Shown here in pieces: positions 63,872 through 64,000 of a DNA stretch of 64,000 bases. The DNA is taken from NCBI RefSeq assembly GCF_006345805.1, contig NC_043026.1:124001-188000 (forward strand), in the 5' to 3' direction. Numbering within the stretch: the stretch's first letter is position 1; each line of letters opens with the position of its first letter. This DNA is from Octopus sinensis (Eukaryota). The translations under genes were made by a program, and so were the position numbers. Under the pieces are notes generated by a model. That model searched no databases, had not been told where the DNA came from, and saw only the letters and a list, made by a program, of their open reading frames with translations.

Positions 63872-64000
63872 TTTGCGTTTCTGTGTTTTCGCACACGCAG
63901 TCATCCTTATTTCAACTGTTGCCACCTGTCATTGGTAGCATGGCGTAGTAAAGCCATACAACTCGAGGGAAGGGTCGCTCTTCTGATTCTAAGCTCAGAA
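63872..64000 (+). repeat. Second copy of the 124-bp repeat, possibly continuing beyond the window
   Basis: Colinear match to 59494-59371(-). Confidence 0.85.

Noticed and set aside
59371-63995. DNA transposon with 124-bp TIRs that captured exon 1
   Set aside because: No TSD or transposase was seen. The sharp shared boundary is the inner one, and similarity may continue outward past the window, which fits two divergent 5' ends better.

Overview
AT-rich, repeat-dense metazoan genomic DNA. The repeat and microsatellite landscape suggests a mollusc, probably a cephalopod such as Octopus (inference). About 50 kb (9043-59034) is one head-to-tail 35-bp satellite of roughly 1,430 monomers with a higher-order period near 3.03 kb. 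The window has a nested structure. (i) A minus-strand spliced gene for a secreted protein (signal peptide, reduced PAN/Apple-like module, uncharacterised Trp-rich domain) has coding exons at 61084-60784, 5247-5069 and 410-247. Their splice phases match, giving a 55.5-kb first intron. (ii) That intron holds a decayed L1/Tx1-clade LINE. Its ORF1 zinc knuckle lies right of the satellite (59061-59101) and its ORF1 tail and ORF2 (APE + RT) lie left of it (9040-6190). (iii) The satellite therefore sits inside LINE ORF1 and appears to derive from an in-frame 18-bp QTxxDL coding repeat. Intron 2 holds a 5'-truncated Penelope-like element (RT-GIY-YIG), two hammerhead-ribozyme-like motifs sharing a CCGAAGA core variant, a non-autonomous Helitron and SINE fragments. 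A second Tx1-type 3' fragment lies at 62250-63516. All calls come from reading the sequence by eye; no database searches were run.
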